Shown here: positions 41,028 through 50,546 of the stretch, in pieces
Layout of the letters: every line of letters starts with the position of its first letter
How positions within the stretch are numbered: position 1 is the first letter of the stretch
NCBI GenBank assembly: GCA_963776245.1
Contig: CAVZLN010000003.1
Span: 128,001 to 192,000, forward strand
Source: Candidatus Eiseniibacteriota bacterium
GTDB lineage: Bacteria > Eisenbacteria > RBG-16-71-46
DNA: 64,000 nt
Reading direction: 5' to 3'
The notes under the pieces: model-generated
What the model was told of the DNA's origin: nothing
Database searches by the model: none
Seen by the model: the letters and a program-made list of their open reading frames with translations, nothing else
Translations under genes and position numbers: made by a program

Positions 41028-42352
41028 CACCGGCCCTCCTCGGAACGGGTGGCGGGTGAGATCCACGTCACGGTGCGGCCCGCCGGCACCAGCACGCGCG
41101 CCGCCACGCGCTGCAGGTCGGCCGCGGTGACCGCGCGCACGCGCTCCAGCCGCTGCGCGGGGGCCCGCGCATCGCCGGTCGCGAGCCAGGCGGCACCGAG
41201 CTCGCGGCCGACACCGGCCGGGGTCTGCCACGAGAACAGCAGATCGGCCTCGACCTGCCGCTTCCCCGCCTCCAGTTCCGCCTCGCTCACGGGCTCGCGC
41301 GTGAGCGCCGCGGCGGCGGCGGTCAGCTCGCGCTCGACCCGGCTCGTGTCCACGCCGGGCCTGGGGCTCGCGAGCGCGTACAACAGGCCGCCCGCGGCGC
41401 GCGCGTCGAGGGTGCCCTGCGCCATCACGCACGATCCACTGTCGGCGCGCACCAGCAGCCGCTGGATGCGGGACGATCCGCCGGCCGCGAAGACGCGCGC
41501 CAGCACCTCGAGCGCGGGAGTGTCGGCGTCGGCGAGCGGCGGCGTCCGCCAGCCCATCGCGAGGACCGGCAGGGTGGCCTCGGCGATGACGCTCGCGCGC
41601 CGCTCGCCCGCGCCGGGGGCTGCTGCGCGCTCGGGCGCCAGCGCCGCGCCGGGCAGGGCACCAAGGGTGCGCTTCACCGCGGCCAGCGCCGACGCCGTCT
41701 CGAACCGGCCGGCGAGGGTGACCACCATGCGGCCCGGCACGTAGCGCGCCGCCCGGTAGGCCTGCACCTGCTTGAGCGTGAGACCGCGGAGGTCGTCGTC
41801 GAGGCCCGCCACCGGAAAGCGGTACGGATGCCCGGCGAAGGCGGTGGCGTAGAGCAGCTTCAGCGCACGCCCGACCCCGGTCTGATCGGCGCGCCCCCGC
41901 GACTGGTCGAGCAGGGTGCGGCGCGCGGCGTCGAGTTTGGGCTGCGTCAGGTCGAGCGCGGCGAAGCGATCGGCCTCGAGCCTCAGCACGGTCTCGAGCG
42001 CGGCGGGCGGGACGACTGTCTCGAAGCAGGTGTGATCGGCGGCGGTGAACGCGCCGGCGTTGCCGCCCTCGGCCTGCACGCGGCGGGCGAACTGGCCCGG
42101 TCCGGCCTTCGCGGTCCCCATGAACATGAGGCGCTCGATCAGGTGCGTGATGCCGGCGGTCCCGGCGCTCTCGAAGCGCGACCCGGCGCGCACCCACACC
42201 CCCACGCCCACCGAGACGGCGGTGGAGTCGGGAGCGAGCAGCACGGTCAGGCCGTTCGGGAGCGGGACGGTGCGGGCGCCGGCGAATGGGTCCGCAGCGG
42301 ACGCCGCCGTGGGCAGCGCGGCGAGGAGCAGCGCGACGAGATGGACCTTCAT
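41027..42352 (-). CDS. Exported M16 (pitrilysin-family) subunit with degenerate HxxEH motif
   Basis: LPNGLTV, GSRFE..G.AGITHLIERLMFMGT, HPYRFPVAG. Confidence 0.85.
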   Translation of the reverse strand: MKVHLVALLLAALPTAASAADPFAGARTVPLPNGLTVLLAPDSTAVSVGVGVWVRAGSRFESAGTAGITHLIERLMFMGTAKAGPGQFARRVQAEGGNAGAFTAADHTCFETVVPPAALETVLRLEADRFAALDLTQPKLDAARRTLLDQSRGRADQTGVGRALKLLYATAFAGHPYRFPVAGLDDDLRGLTLKQVQAYRAARYVPGRMVVTLAGRFETASALAAVKRTLGALPGAALAPERAAAPGAGERRASVIAEATLPVLAMGWRTPPLADADTPALEVLARVFAAGGSSRIQRLLVRADSGSCVMAQGTLDARAAGGLLYALASPRPGVDTSRVERELTAAAAALTREPVSEAELEAGKRQVEADLLFSWQTPAGVGRELGAAWLATGDARAPAQRLERVRAVTAADLQRVAARVLVPAGRTVTWISPATRSEEGR

Positions 42353-42381
42353 GATCGGAGCTCTCAGGAGGAGTGTGGGGG

Positions 42382-44268
42382 TCAACGCAGATAGACCAGC
42401 CGTAGGGTGGAGATTCGACCCGCGGCCTCGGCCGCGAGGAAGTACACGCCCGAGCGCAGCGCGTGGCCGTCGTCGCCGACGCCATCCCACGCCGCGAGCG
42501 GAGGAGACGGCGGCTCGCCGCGCCGCAGCTCGCCGGACCACAGTTCGCGCACCAGGCGACCCTGGGTGTCGAACACCCGCACGCGCGCCGGGGCGCGGGC
42601 GGGCGCATCGGTGCCGAGGGCGAGCCTGATCGGGGTCGCGGGGCCGCCGAAGCGCGCCGGGTTCGCGCCCGCGAACGCGAACACGATGAAGCCGGCCGGC
42701 AGCGGAGGAGGCGGAGGAGGCGGCACGATCGCCGTGTCGGGGGTCCAGCGCAGCGCCGCCAGTCCGTCGGGCAGGCCGTGGCCATAGACGGTGTCGGGGG
42801 TCGCGGCTCGATTGGCGGAATGGTAGAGCGCCTGGATGACCGTGGTCGCCGGCCATTGCGGCCGCGCCTGGATCAAGCACGCGGCGAGCCCGGCGAGGAT
42901 CGGGGTCGAGAACGACGTGCCGCTCTGGGCGGTGTAGGCGTTGGGAACGCCACCCGCGGAGACCAGCGAATCGAGCACGCCGAGCGCCACCAGGTCGGGC
43001 TTGATGCGGCCGTCCGCGGTCGGGCCGCGTGCGGAGAACGAGGCGATGGCGCCGGCGAGGGACACCGCGCCGGCCGTGACGATGCTGTCGCCGTTCGCGT
43101 CCCCCGGCGCCAGGACCTTGTTCTCGGGATAGGGCCATCCATTGTTGTTGCCGGCCGCGTTCACCACCAGGATGCCCTTGCTCGCCGCGATCTCGGCGGC
43201 GCGGGTGACGACGGAGCTGTGCCCGTCGCGCATCGCGTACGTGATGTCGTCCGCCGGGTTGTCCATCGGGCCATAGCCGAGTGACGATGAGATGACGTCG
43301 GCGCCGAGGCTGTCCGCCCATTCCGCGCCCATGCGCCACCACACCAGCTCCTGGACCGTCTCGGTGGGGTTGTACTCGGTGCGGCCGAGGGCGAAGGTGG
43401 CGCCCGGCGCGGCCCCGATGTACTGGCCCGGCGCATTGCCCGCCATGCAGCCGAACGTCCACATGCCGTGCGCGTAGTCGCTGAGGTTGAGCGTGTCGGT
43501 GGCGACCGAGTCGCCCTGGATGAAGTCGCGCTCGTGCCCCGGGGGGACCTGGGCGTTGCGGGTCGCCTCGTGCTTCGCATGGAAGTTGAAGCCGTTGTCG
43601 AGCACGCAGATCTTCACCCCGGTGCCGATGTACCCCGAGTCGTGGACCGCGGGCACGCGGATCTGGTTGAGCTGGGACCAGGTGCGGCCATACGAGAGCG
43701 CCTGCGCGCCGAGCGCGCCGGGGGGCGCCAGCCGTCGGGCCGCGCCGATCTCCTCGGGCCCGGCCGGCTCCACCCGCGTGACCCGTCCGCGCTCCACCGG
43801 GCGCAGGCGCGCGATGTGCGCGAGGCCGGCCAGCTCGGCCAGCCGCGTCCCGGGCACGCTCACCGCGACCTCGTTGCCCCAGCGCGACGCGCCGTAGGGC
43901 GCCAGCCCGCGCGCCTTCAGATCGTCCACATACGGGGCGTAGAGCGGCAGGTCGTCGTACGTCACCAGCGGCCGCAGCCCGGCGCGGACGCGGCGCGCAC
44001 GATTGGCCGGGGTGAGCGACGCTTCGGCGCGGGCGAGCAGGACCGCGAGCCCCGCCGGACCGTCCTCGCCCTTGTCCGCGAACGTGACCCAGGCCGACAC
44101 CGGCGCGTCCGAACCGAGGGCCGCGGCCAGTCGCGGGTCGAGCCGCGCGGCGGCGGCATCGCCGAGGCTCGCGGCGAGCGCCGCGGGCGCGGAGAGCGCG
44201 ACCGCGAGCACGCACGCGAAGCCGGCCTGCTGGAAGACCCGGCGGGCGGGACGGGATGGGTGTCTCAC
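42382..44268 (-). CDS. Secreted S8 subtilisin-like serine peptidase with C-terminal FlgD-Ig/CTD-like domain
   Basis: Triad VLDNG, HGMWT, GTSFSTP; AAGN; IKPDLVA; tail VFDTQGRLVR...WDG...SGVYF. Confidence 0.92.
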   Translation of the reverse strand: MRHPSRPARRVFQQAGFACVLAVALSAPAALAASLGDAAAARLDPRLAAALGSDAPVSAWVTFADKGEDGPAGLAVLLARAEASLTPANRARRVRAGLRPLVTYDDLPLYAPYVDDLKARGLAPYGASRWGNEVAVSVPGTRLAELAGLAHIARLRPVERGRVTRVEPAGPEEIGAARRLAPPGALGAQALSYGRTWSQLNQIRVPAVHDSGYIGTGVKICVLDNGFNFHAKHEATRNAQVPPGHERDFIQGDSVATDTLNLSDYAHGMWTFGCMAGNAPGQYIGAAPGATFALGRTEYNPTETVQELVWWRMGAEWADSLGADVISSSLGYGPMDNPADDITYAMRDGHSSVVTRAAEIAASKGILVVNAAGNNNGWPYPENKVLAPGDANGDSIVTAGAVSLAGAIASFSARGPTADGRIKPDLVALGVLDSLVSAGGVPNAYTAQSGTSFSTPILAGLAACLIQARPQWPATTVIQALYHSANRAATPDTVYGHGLPDGLAALRWTPDTAIVPPPPPPPLPAGFIVFAFAGANPARFGGPATPIRLALGTDAPARAPARVRVFDTQGRLVRELWSGELRRGEPPSPPLAAWDGVGDDGHALRSGVYFLAAEAAGRISTLRLVYLR

Positions 44269-44538
44269 GGGATGTCGCACTCCTCTCGCCCCCAGCGGGC
44301 GCCAGCGCGCAGCCCCTTCGGGCCCCGCGGTCCTCGCTCCTGCCGCAGCGGACTCACCGCAGGGGCGTCACGCTCGAGCGGCCGCCCGGTGATGAGCGTC
44401 CCCCGGGCTCGGCATCCCACGTGCGCTCCCACGCCGACATTGTACCGCGTCGGGGCGCCATCCGGGATGCATCCGTGGATCGCGGCGCGGCCTCGCCCCG
44501 GGAAGGGGCACGGCGGCACGCGCGCGGGAGGGACGGCC

Positions 44539-44560
44539 GGGGCCCGCGCGCGCGGGCCCC
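44539..44560 (-). terminator. Perfect palindrome just after the stop of the lipoprotein operon
   Basis: GGGGCCCGCGC/GCGCGGGCCCC. Confidence 0.4.
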
Positions 44561-44564
44561 GCCA

Positions 44565-45710
44565 TCAGCGGATGACGATGAAGCGGTCCCGGAACGAGTA
44601 GGTCCCGGACTCCACCAGATACATGTAGATCCCGGACGCGACGAGCCGGCCCGACTCGTTCTTCAGGTTCCATCGCTCGAAATCGCGCACCGGATCGTTG
44701 TGCTGCAGGGTGGTCACGAGGTCTCCCGCCAGGGTGAAGATCTTGACGGTCGCACGCTGCGGGAGATTGACGAAATGCACCTCGTTCCCGCCGGTCAGGT
44801 CCCACGGCGCGTGCGCCCGGTACGGGTTCGGCACCACGCCGACGCGCTCCAGGTTGGCGGCCGGTCCGCCGGTGGGCTCGACCGCCACCTCGATGATGTT
44901 CGCGGACTTGCTGTTGAGGTTCGGGCAGCCCCGCGGATCGCCGATCCTGGTCGAGTCGCAGCGCGCGTAGCGCTCCCGCTGCGTCAGCCCCGGGGCGGTG
45001 AGGGTATCGGGCACGAACAGGTCCGCGTAGTTCTTCTCGACGGAGTTGAAGGCCTCGTACGTGACCGCGTACCAGATGCGGAACCCGTCGTGCGGTCCGG
45101 CCGGCACCACCAGCACCATGAGCGAGTCGCCGGGGATGCAGCGCCCGAGACTGTCCGTCCGGCAGCGCTTCTGGTACGAGCCGCTCTCGTCCGGGTCCAC
45201 GAACGTGGCGACGCTGTCGTTCACCACCTCGCTCTGGCACATGAACTGGAGATAGGTGGGGCTGGCCGGGTCGGCGTCCACGGTCGAGAACTTCCAGGTC
45301 CGCTCGTCGCCCGGCTGGCGTGAGAATCGGCGGATGAGCTCCATCCGTGCGGTGTCGGGCCGGTTGGTCACCCGGTAGATGCGATACCCGCCGAAGTCCC
45401 TCCGCGCCTCGGCGCGACGATCGCGCTTGAATCGCAGGGAGACGGTGCGCGCATCGCGCCGGATGCTGTCGGGGAGCGGGCCCAGGGACACCCCGACGCA
45501 GGCCGGATACTTCTCCGGGTCCGAGTACGGCTCCACCTGCGAGTAGTCCTGGAAATGCCCCGGGAAGGCGCACAGCGCGATGCGGGGGAACGTCATCATG
45601 CTGTCGGGATAGCACTGGATCTGGGCCAGCGCGGGCGCACGGCCGCTGGCCAGCAGGGCGAGCACCGTGAAGGTCAGGACGAGACGGCGCGGCCTGTCGA
45701 ACCTCGTCAT
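44565..45710 (-). CDS. Secreted Cys-containing protein with C-terminal CTD-like domain
   Basis: Signal peptide (ALA-Q); DFGGYRIYR; VVPNPY...FVNLP..VKIFTLAGDLV...WNLKNESGRLVASGIY. Confidence 0.8.
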   Translation of the reverse strand: MTRFDRPRRLVLTFTVLALLASGRAPALAQIQCYPDSMMTFPRIALCAFPGHFQDYSQVEPYSDPEKYPACVGVSLGPLPDSIRRDARTVSLRFKRDRRAEARRDFGGYRIYRVTNRPDTARMELIRRFSRQPGDERTWKFSTVDADPASPTYLQFMCQSEVVNDSVATFVDPDESGSYQKRCRTDSLGRCIPGDSLMVLVVPAGPHDGFRIWYAVTYEAFNSVEKNYADLFVPDTLTAPGLTQRERYARCDSTRIGDPRGCPNLNSKSANIIEVAVEPTGGPAANLERVGVVPNPYRAHAPWDLTGGNEVHFVNLPQRATVKIFTLAGDLVTTLQHNDPVRDFERWNLKNESGRLVASGIYMYLVESGTYSFRDRFIVIR

Positions 45711-48220
45711 TCGTGGCTCCCGGGACGCAGCGTTGCGGCCGGCGCCGGCGTCACACGGGTGCCGCGACCGGCCGGGACGGGGCGAGCCCGGACGGCAGGC
45801 GGCTCCCACGCCGCCCTCGCACCGCGCGCGACGCGCGCGGGCACGGCCGCGGGCACCGGACCCTTGGTGAGGTGGAAGATCTCCTGCAGCACGAAGTCCA
45901 CCAGCCCGACGCACTGGCCCCGCTGATAGCTCCAGAGGTCGAAGCCGGAGAACACCGCCGCCGGGAACTCCAGACCGTGGTAGTAGGTCATGACCGGCGT
46001 GCCGATCACCGAGTTGGGCTTCGGGGTGTTGGTGCCGGGGATCAGGCCGCCGACTTCGTACGCCTGGAAGGACTGCGCGAGCGCGGCCTCGGTCCTCATC
46101 AGCGTGTCGAGCGTGGCGACCTCCTGGACGATCACCGGGCTGGCATTGACATCCTCGATGATCGAGTTGGGCTGGCTCAGATACTCGAGGACGTAGAACG
46201 CATTGGTGCGGTAGAAGGACCGGTCGTTCCCGACTCGGGTGGCCGGCAGCGCGTCGGTTCCCGGGGTCTTCGCGTCCATCGTCAGCGGCAGCCGGCTGTA
46301 GTTCGGGTTGGACCTCACGCCCTCGAACGTCGGCATGGTCCAGCCCCCGTACCGCATGATCGAGTCCGCTCGCGCCGACCGCTTGATCTTCGCATTGCCG
46401 ACAGTGTAGGCCTGCAGCTCCGAGCGCCAGTGCATGATGTCGTACATGAAGCGGCCGGGCACCAGCTCGGTCGGCATGCGGTTCGAGTAGGTGAAGGCGT
46501 AGGAATCGTTGTTCCCGCTGTTGAACATGTCCTTGCAGAGCGCGAACGCGGCCCCGCCGCCGACGATCCACACCCGCCCGCCCTGGCGCATGTACGCGCC
46601 GAGCGTGTTCACCCGGCCCGGCGCGCTCATGTAGCGGAGCGCGTACTGGCCGCCGGTCGGAGCGGCGTTGGTCACCCCCGGATCGGTGATCCACACCACG
46701 TTCTTGTACTTGCCGAGCGTGTCGAGTCGCACCGTCTTGTCGAGCGTGCCGATCTTGGTGGTGTGGAACACGTCGTAGCTATAGCCCGAGAAGATGCCGG
46801 GCTCGCTGTTGGCCAGCGTGGTCGTGCACTGCCACGGCACCCCGCCGCGCGCGAAGAAGAACGAGTCCACCTCCGCCATGTTCGGCCAGTCGCCGATCGG
46901 CTGCGGGAGGCAGCCGGCGGACAACGGCGTCCCGCTCTCGGGAATCAGTCGCATGTCCTTCACGATCATCAGCGGCCGCTCCAGCGTGGCGCGCACCACC
47001 CGCATCCGGACGTGACCGAGGCTCTTCAGGCCGTTGTTGTCGGCGGCCTGGACCCAGAAGTCATGCTGCGTGTCCCCCTCGAACCCACCCACCGTCACGC
47101 TGGTGGTGAGCACGCTCGGGTCGCTCCAGTGCGTGGAATCGTCCACCGCCGTGCGGATGGTCTCGTCGGAGGGGTCGCCGTCCACCATCCACTGGTAGTA
47201 CTCCATCAGCGCGCCCTTGGGCGGCTCGGCGGTCCAGTTGAACGTGATCGGCTGCCCGTACGGCACTTCGAGCTTGACCGCCGCCCGGTCGTCCATCGTC
47301 CACCCGCCGCTCTGGTACTTGAAGTAGAAGAACTCGTTGAACATGATCACGATCGGCCCCAGCGTGCTCGCGTACCCCGGCTTCAGCCGCAGCATGTTTT
47401 GCGAGAATGAGAACACCGGCGAGAACGCCCCCGCCTCGTCGAACGACACCACCACGAAGACGTAGTCCCCGCCCGGGGTCAGGTCCTTGAACTGCATCGT
47501 GGTGACGTCGGCGCCGGTCGAGTCCCACCCCGCCCACGGGCCCGGCAGGCCGTGACTCGCCCAGTCGTAGGCGTAATAGTCCCGCAGCGCGTTCGGATCG
47601 CGTGCCGCCTGGTCGGCGGTGTAGGCCGAGCCCGGTCCGAGCATGATGTACTTGTACTTCACCGGCTTCGACGTCAACTGGCCGTCCGGGTCGGTCCCGG
47701 TCCACTGGATGCGCACCGACGGCGTCACCAGGATCGCCCCGAACACGTAGAGCCGCGGGTCCACGATCGTCACCGTCGGGCATTGCGTGTACGAGTAGAA
47801 GCCGCGCCGGATCACATCCGAGGTGTCCCCGCGGTTGTCCACCGCGCACAGCGCGAAGACGTGAGGATGCGTCGCGTTGCCGGTCCTCACGTCGGACGAA
47901 TCCGCGGTGAAGAAGATGATCTCCTCGTTCTTCTGCGTCCGCACCCACTTCACCCGCACGCCCACGCTCTCCGGCGGATCGATCGCGTACAGGAAGTAAT
48001 CCACCCGCCCATCCGGATCGTTGGCGATCCAGTTGATCCGGTACGCGTAGAAGTAGGGCGTGGCGCGCGAGGTGTCGAACGGCGCCGCGGTCAGCCGCAC
48101 CTCGGGTCGGATGTTCGGGACCAGCCGCTCGCTGGTCTTCTTCGAGCATCCCGCGATGCCCCCCGCCACCACCGCCGCCGCCGTCAGCAGGCTCAGGACG
48201 GCGATTCGTCTGGCGTTCAT
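45707..48220 (-). CDS. Large lipoprotein with repeated Ig/FN3-like modules
   Basis: Lipobox IAGC; repeated W-x3-DPDG and AVDN-x-G motifs. Confidence 0.8.
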   Translation of the reverse strand: MNARRIAVLSLLTAAAVVAGGIAGCSKKTSERLVPNIRPEVRLTAAPFDTSRATPYFYAYRINWIANDPDGRVDYFLYAIDPPESVGVRVKWVRTQKNEEIIFFTADSSDVRTGNATHPHVFALCAVDNRGDTSDVIRRGFYSYTQCPTVTIVDPRLYVFGAILVTPSVRIQWTGTDPDGQLTSKPVKYKYIMLGPGSAYTADQAARDPNALRDYYAYDWASHGLPGPWAGWDSTGADVTTMQFKDLTPGGDYVFVVVSFDEAGAFSPVFSFSQNMLRLKPGYASTLGPIVIMFNEFFYFKYQSGGWTMDDRAAVKLEVPYGQPITFNWTAEPPKGALMEYYQWMVDGDPSDETIRTAVDDSTHWSDPSVLTTSVTVGGFEGDTQHDFWVQAADNNGLKSLGHVRMRVVRATLERPLMIVKDMRLIPESGTPLSAGCLPQPIGDWPNMAEVDSFFFARGGVPWQCTTTLANSEPGIFSGYSYDVFHTTKIGTLDKTVRLDTLGKYKNVVWITDPGVTNAAPTGGQYALRYMSAPGRVNTLGAYMRQGGRVWIVGGGAAFALCKDMFNSGNNDSYAFTYSNRMPTELVPGRFMYDIMHWRSELQAYTVGNAKIKRSARADSIMRYGGWTMPTFEGVRSNPNYSRLPLTMDAKTPGTDALPATRVGNDRSFYRTNAFYVLEYLSQPNSIIEDVNASPVIVQEVATLDTLMRTEAALAQSFQAYEVGGLIPGTNTPKPNSVIGTPVMTYYHGLEFPAAVFSGFDLWSYQRGQCVGLVDFVLQEIFHLTKGPVPAAVPARVARGARAAWEPPAVRARPVPAGRGTRVTPAPAATLRPGSHE

Positions 48221-50319
48221 TGTTCGGCGCTCCTGACGTCTTGAATGGACCCCGGTCCGGGTTCCCCAAGAGGGAGTTGCACAGAGTTCGTGCCCACGGC
48301 CCCGGCGGACGGGGGCGGTGGCACGGTGACCGGGACGCTGTAGGTCGTGCAGCGGCCCGAGCCGGCCACACCCTCGCAATCCAGACAGTCACAGACCTCG
48401 ATATCGAGCGTGACCGACGTGCCGACCAGCCAGGTCGGCAGGATTATGCTGAAGGTCGGCGCGGTCCGATAGGGCGGGTTCGCGTAGTCGGTGAAGCTCA
48501 CCGGGGTCCCGGCCGCATTCACCCCGCGCACCGTCACCCGGTAGCGGGTGGCTCCCGCGGCCGTCGGGCCTCCGACCGTGCGGATCGTCGCGAAGGCGTC
48601 GAACGGATCGACATCCCGCGAGACCAGGTTCACGTCGAGCACGCGGCTGAAGTACTGGGTATAGGGTGGGGTCAGCCTCGGCTTCAGCCCCTTGGTGACG
48701 TCGGTGTCGAGTTCCGGCGCGTGATCCACGAAGAAGGTGAGGATCTTGCGGCGCAGCGCGCGCAGCGAGTCATTGCCGCCGTTGCCGTCGCGCCCCACGA
48801 TCCGGACGATGTTCGGCACGGCATAGGAGTTGAGGTCGATGTCCATCCCGCCGGTCGCGCGGCCATCGCCGTCCTCGGCCCGCGCGTACATGTAGGCCTG
48901 GCCGGCATTCGACGCCGGCCAGTACCTGGCGATCAGGGGCAGGCGCTGGACGTTGGTCGGGTCGAAGATCGGGTAGAGGCCGGTCTGCGCGAACTGGATC
49001 GGCGTCCCGAATGGGGAGGTCTCGAAGCCCAGGTTCGCGCGGAATCCGATCGGCGAGGCGTTCGACGACGCACTCGGCTGGAGCACCGGCGGGACCCCGC
49101 CCCAGCTGGCGACGATCGCGCGGTACTGGATGTCGACCGGGTTGACCTTCACCAGGTAGGGCGAGTCGGGATCGAGCCCGCCGTTGTGGCAGACCACCCA
49201 CGAGTTCATGTTGACCGTGTCCCACTCGCTGTGGACGTAGATCCGCTGCTTGTAGATCTCGAAGAAGGTCTTGCGCTCGGGGCGCTCCGCCGGCATCTGT
49301 CCGACCGAATCCGGGCCCAGGAGGCTGCCGGTGAATCCCCCGATCGGCAGGCCGGCGGTCATGTCGTAGTAGTGGTACCCGCTCCCGGCTTCGACCTGGT
49401 TGAACTGCGGCGAGGCGGGGTCCGGGCCCGAGAACCACGTTTCGGGCTTCAGATTGAACTGGAAGCGCCGTTTCGCGTCGCGCTTGGCGCCCGCCTGATC
49501 GACGGCGCGGAGCGTGAAGACCTTCAGGCCCGGGCCCACCCGATCGGCGGCGTTGGTGTTGTAGCTGACCGCTTTGGTCGTGGAATCCGCGTTGATGAAG
49601 TCCACTTCATCCAGCTTGTAGCGGAACTGCACGGTGGGATTCTGATCGAGCGTCGGCTCCGAGGTCCACTGGAAGTCGAGTCGCGCGGTGACCGGAATCG
49701 AGTCCCGCGCCAGCGTGTTGATCTTCGCGGTGTCGCTGATGAAGTAGGTGCGCTCCTCCTGCACCAGCGCGCCACCCGCGAGCCGGGTCCACACCAGGCC
49801 CCTCCCGCGTGCAAGCAGGAACAGCGGCAGCGGAGGATACTTGTCCTTCGCTGTGAAGATCACGCGCGCCGGGGTGGGATCCGGTTTGCCCTCGTTGTCC
49901 ACGGCGTAGATGTAGAACGCGTGCTCGCGATCGGGCGAGAAGTCCGACACGTTGAAGATGAACGTGCTGTCGGTCTTGGTGGTGAATCGATAGTCGCGCG
50001 CCTTCGGGCCGGGCAGAGAAGGCGGATTGCCGCTCCCGAGCGGGTCGTAGGGCAGCGTCTCAACGACCGCGAAGTAGAACCCGGCGATGTCGCCGTCGGG
50101 GTCCGATCCGGCCCAGTACAGATGGAACTTGAACGGGATCTCGGTCGGGGTCCCCTCCTGGAAGGGGTTCTTCGTGGTGATCGTGTCCTGGGGGGCGGCG
50201 GTGATCCAGGTTTCCGGGGCCTGATTGCGATCGATGTTCGGCGCCAGCGCCTTGCGGCACCCCACGCCGATCAGTGATGTCATGAGCAGGCACAGTACGA
50301 GCCCGTAACGAAAACGCAT
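48217..50319 (-). CDS. Lipoprotein with repeated Ig/FN3-like modules (paralogous N-terminus to the downstream gene)
   Basis: Lipobox VGC; PETWITAAP, WAGSDPDG, AVDNEGKPDPTPA. Confidence 0.8.
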   Translation of the reverse strand: MRFRYGLVLCLLMTSLIGVGCRKALAPNIDRNQAPETWITAAPQDTITTKNPFQEGTPTEIPFKFHLYWAGSDPDGDIAGFYFAVVETLPYDPLGSGNPPSLPGPKARDYRFTTKTDSTFIFNVSDFSPDREHAFYIYAVDNEGKPDPTPARVIFTAKDKYPPLPLFLLARGRGLVWTRLAGGALVQEERTYFISDTAKINTLARDSIPVTARLDFQWTSEPTLDQNPTVQFRYKLDEVDFINADSTTKAVSYNTNAADRVGPGLKVFTLRAVDQAGAKRDAKRRFQFNLKPETWFSGPDPASPQFNQVEAGSGYHYYDMTAGLPIGGFTGSLLGPDSVGQMPAERPERKTFFEIYKQRIYVHSEWDTVNMNSWVVCHNGGLDPDSPYLVKVNPVDIQYRAIVASWGGVPPVLQPSASSNASPIGFRANLGFETSPFGTPIQFAQTGLYPIFDPTNVQRLPLIARYWPASNAGQAYMYARAEDGDGRATGGMDIDLNSYAVPNIVRIVGRDGNGGNDSLRALRRKILTFFVDHAPELDTDVTKGLKPRLTPPYTQYFSRVLDVNLVSRDVDPFDAFATIRTVGGPTAAGATRYRVTVRGVNAAGTPVSFTDYANPPYRTAPTFSIILPTWLVGTSVTLDIEVCDCLDCEGVAGSGRCTTYSVPVTVPPPPSAGAVGTNSVQLPLGEPGPGSIQDVRSAEQ

Positions 50320-50363
50320 TCACGCCCCCCGGCACGCCCAGTCGTATGAAGGGAAGTGCTTGG

Positions 50364-50393
50364 ACGCTAGCAGTCTGGCCCCCGCGTCGTCAA
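50364..50393 (-). promoter_or_regulatory. sigma70-like promoter of the lipoprotein operon
   Basis: TTGACG-N18-TAGCGT with TG extended -10. Confidence 0.5.
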
Positions 50394-50500
50394 GCCCGTT
50401 GAGCGCGCCGACCCCGCTTTCGGCGGCCCTGCGGCGGACGGGCGAGGCAGCCGGTGCGCCCGGGCGGGGCCCGGTCCGTTGCGCCCTCGGACCGGAAAGC

Positions 50501-50527
50501 AGAAGGGCGGGGCTTGCGCCCCGCCCT
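50501..50527 (-). terminator. Probable intrinsic terminator of the large secreted protein gene
   Basis: AGGGCGGGGC-GCAA-GCCCCGCCCT followed by a pyrimidine-rich tail. Confidence 0.7.
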
Positions 50528-50546
50528 CCCACGGTACGGATGTGCG

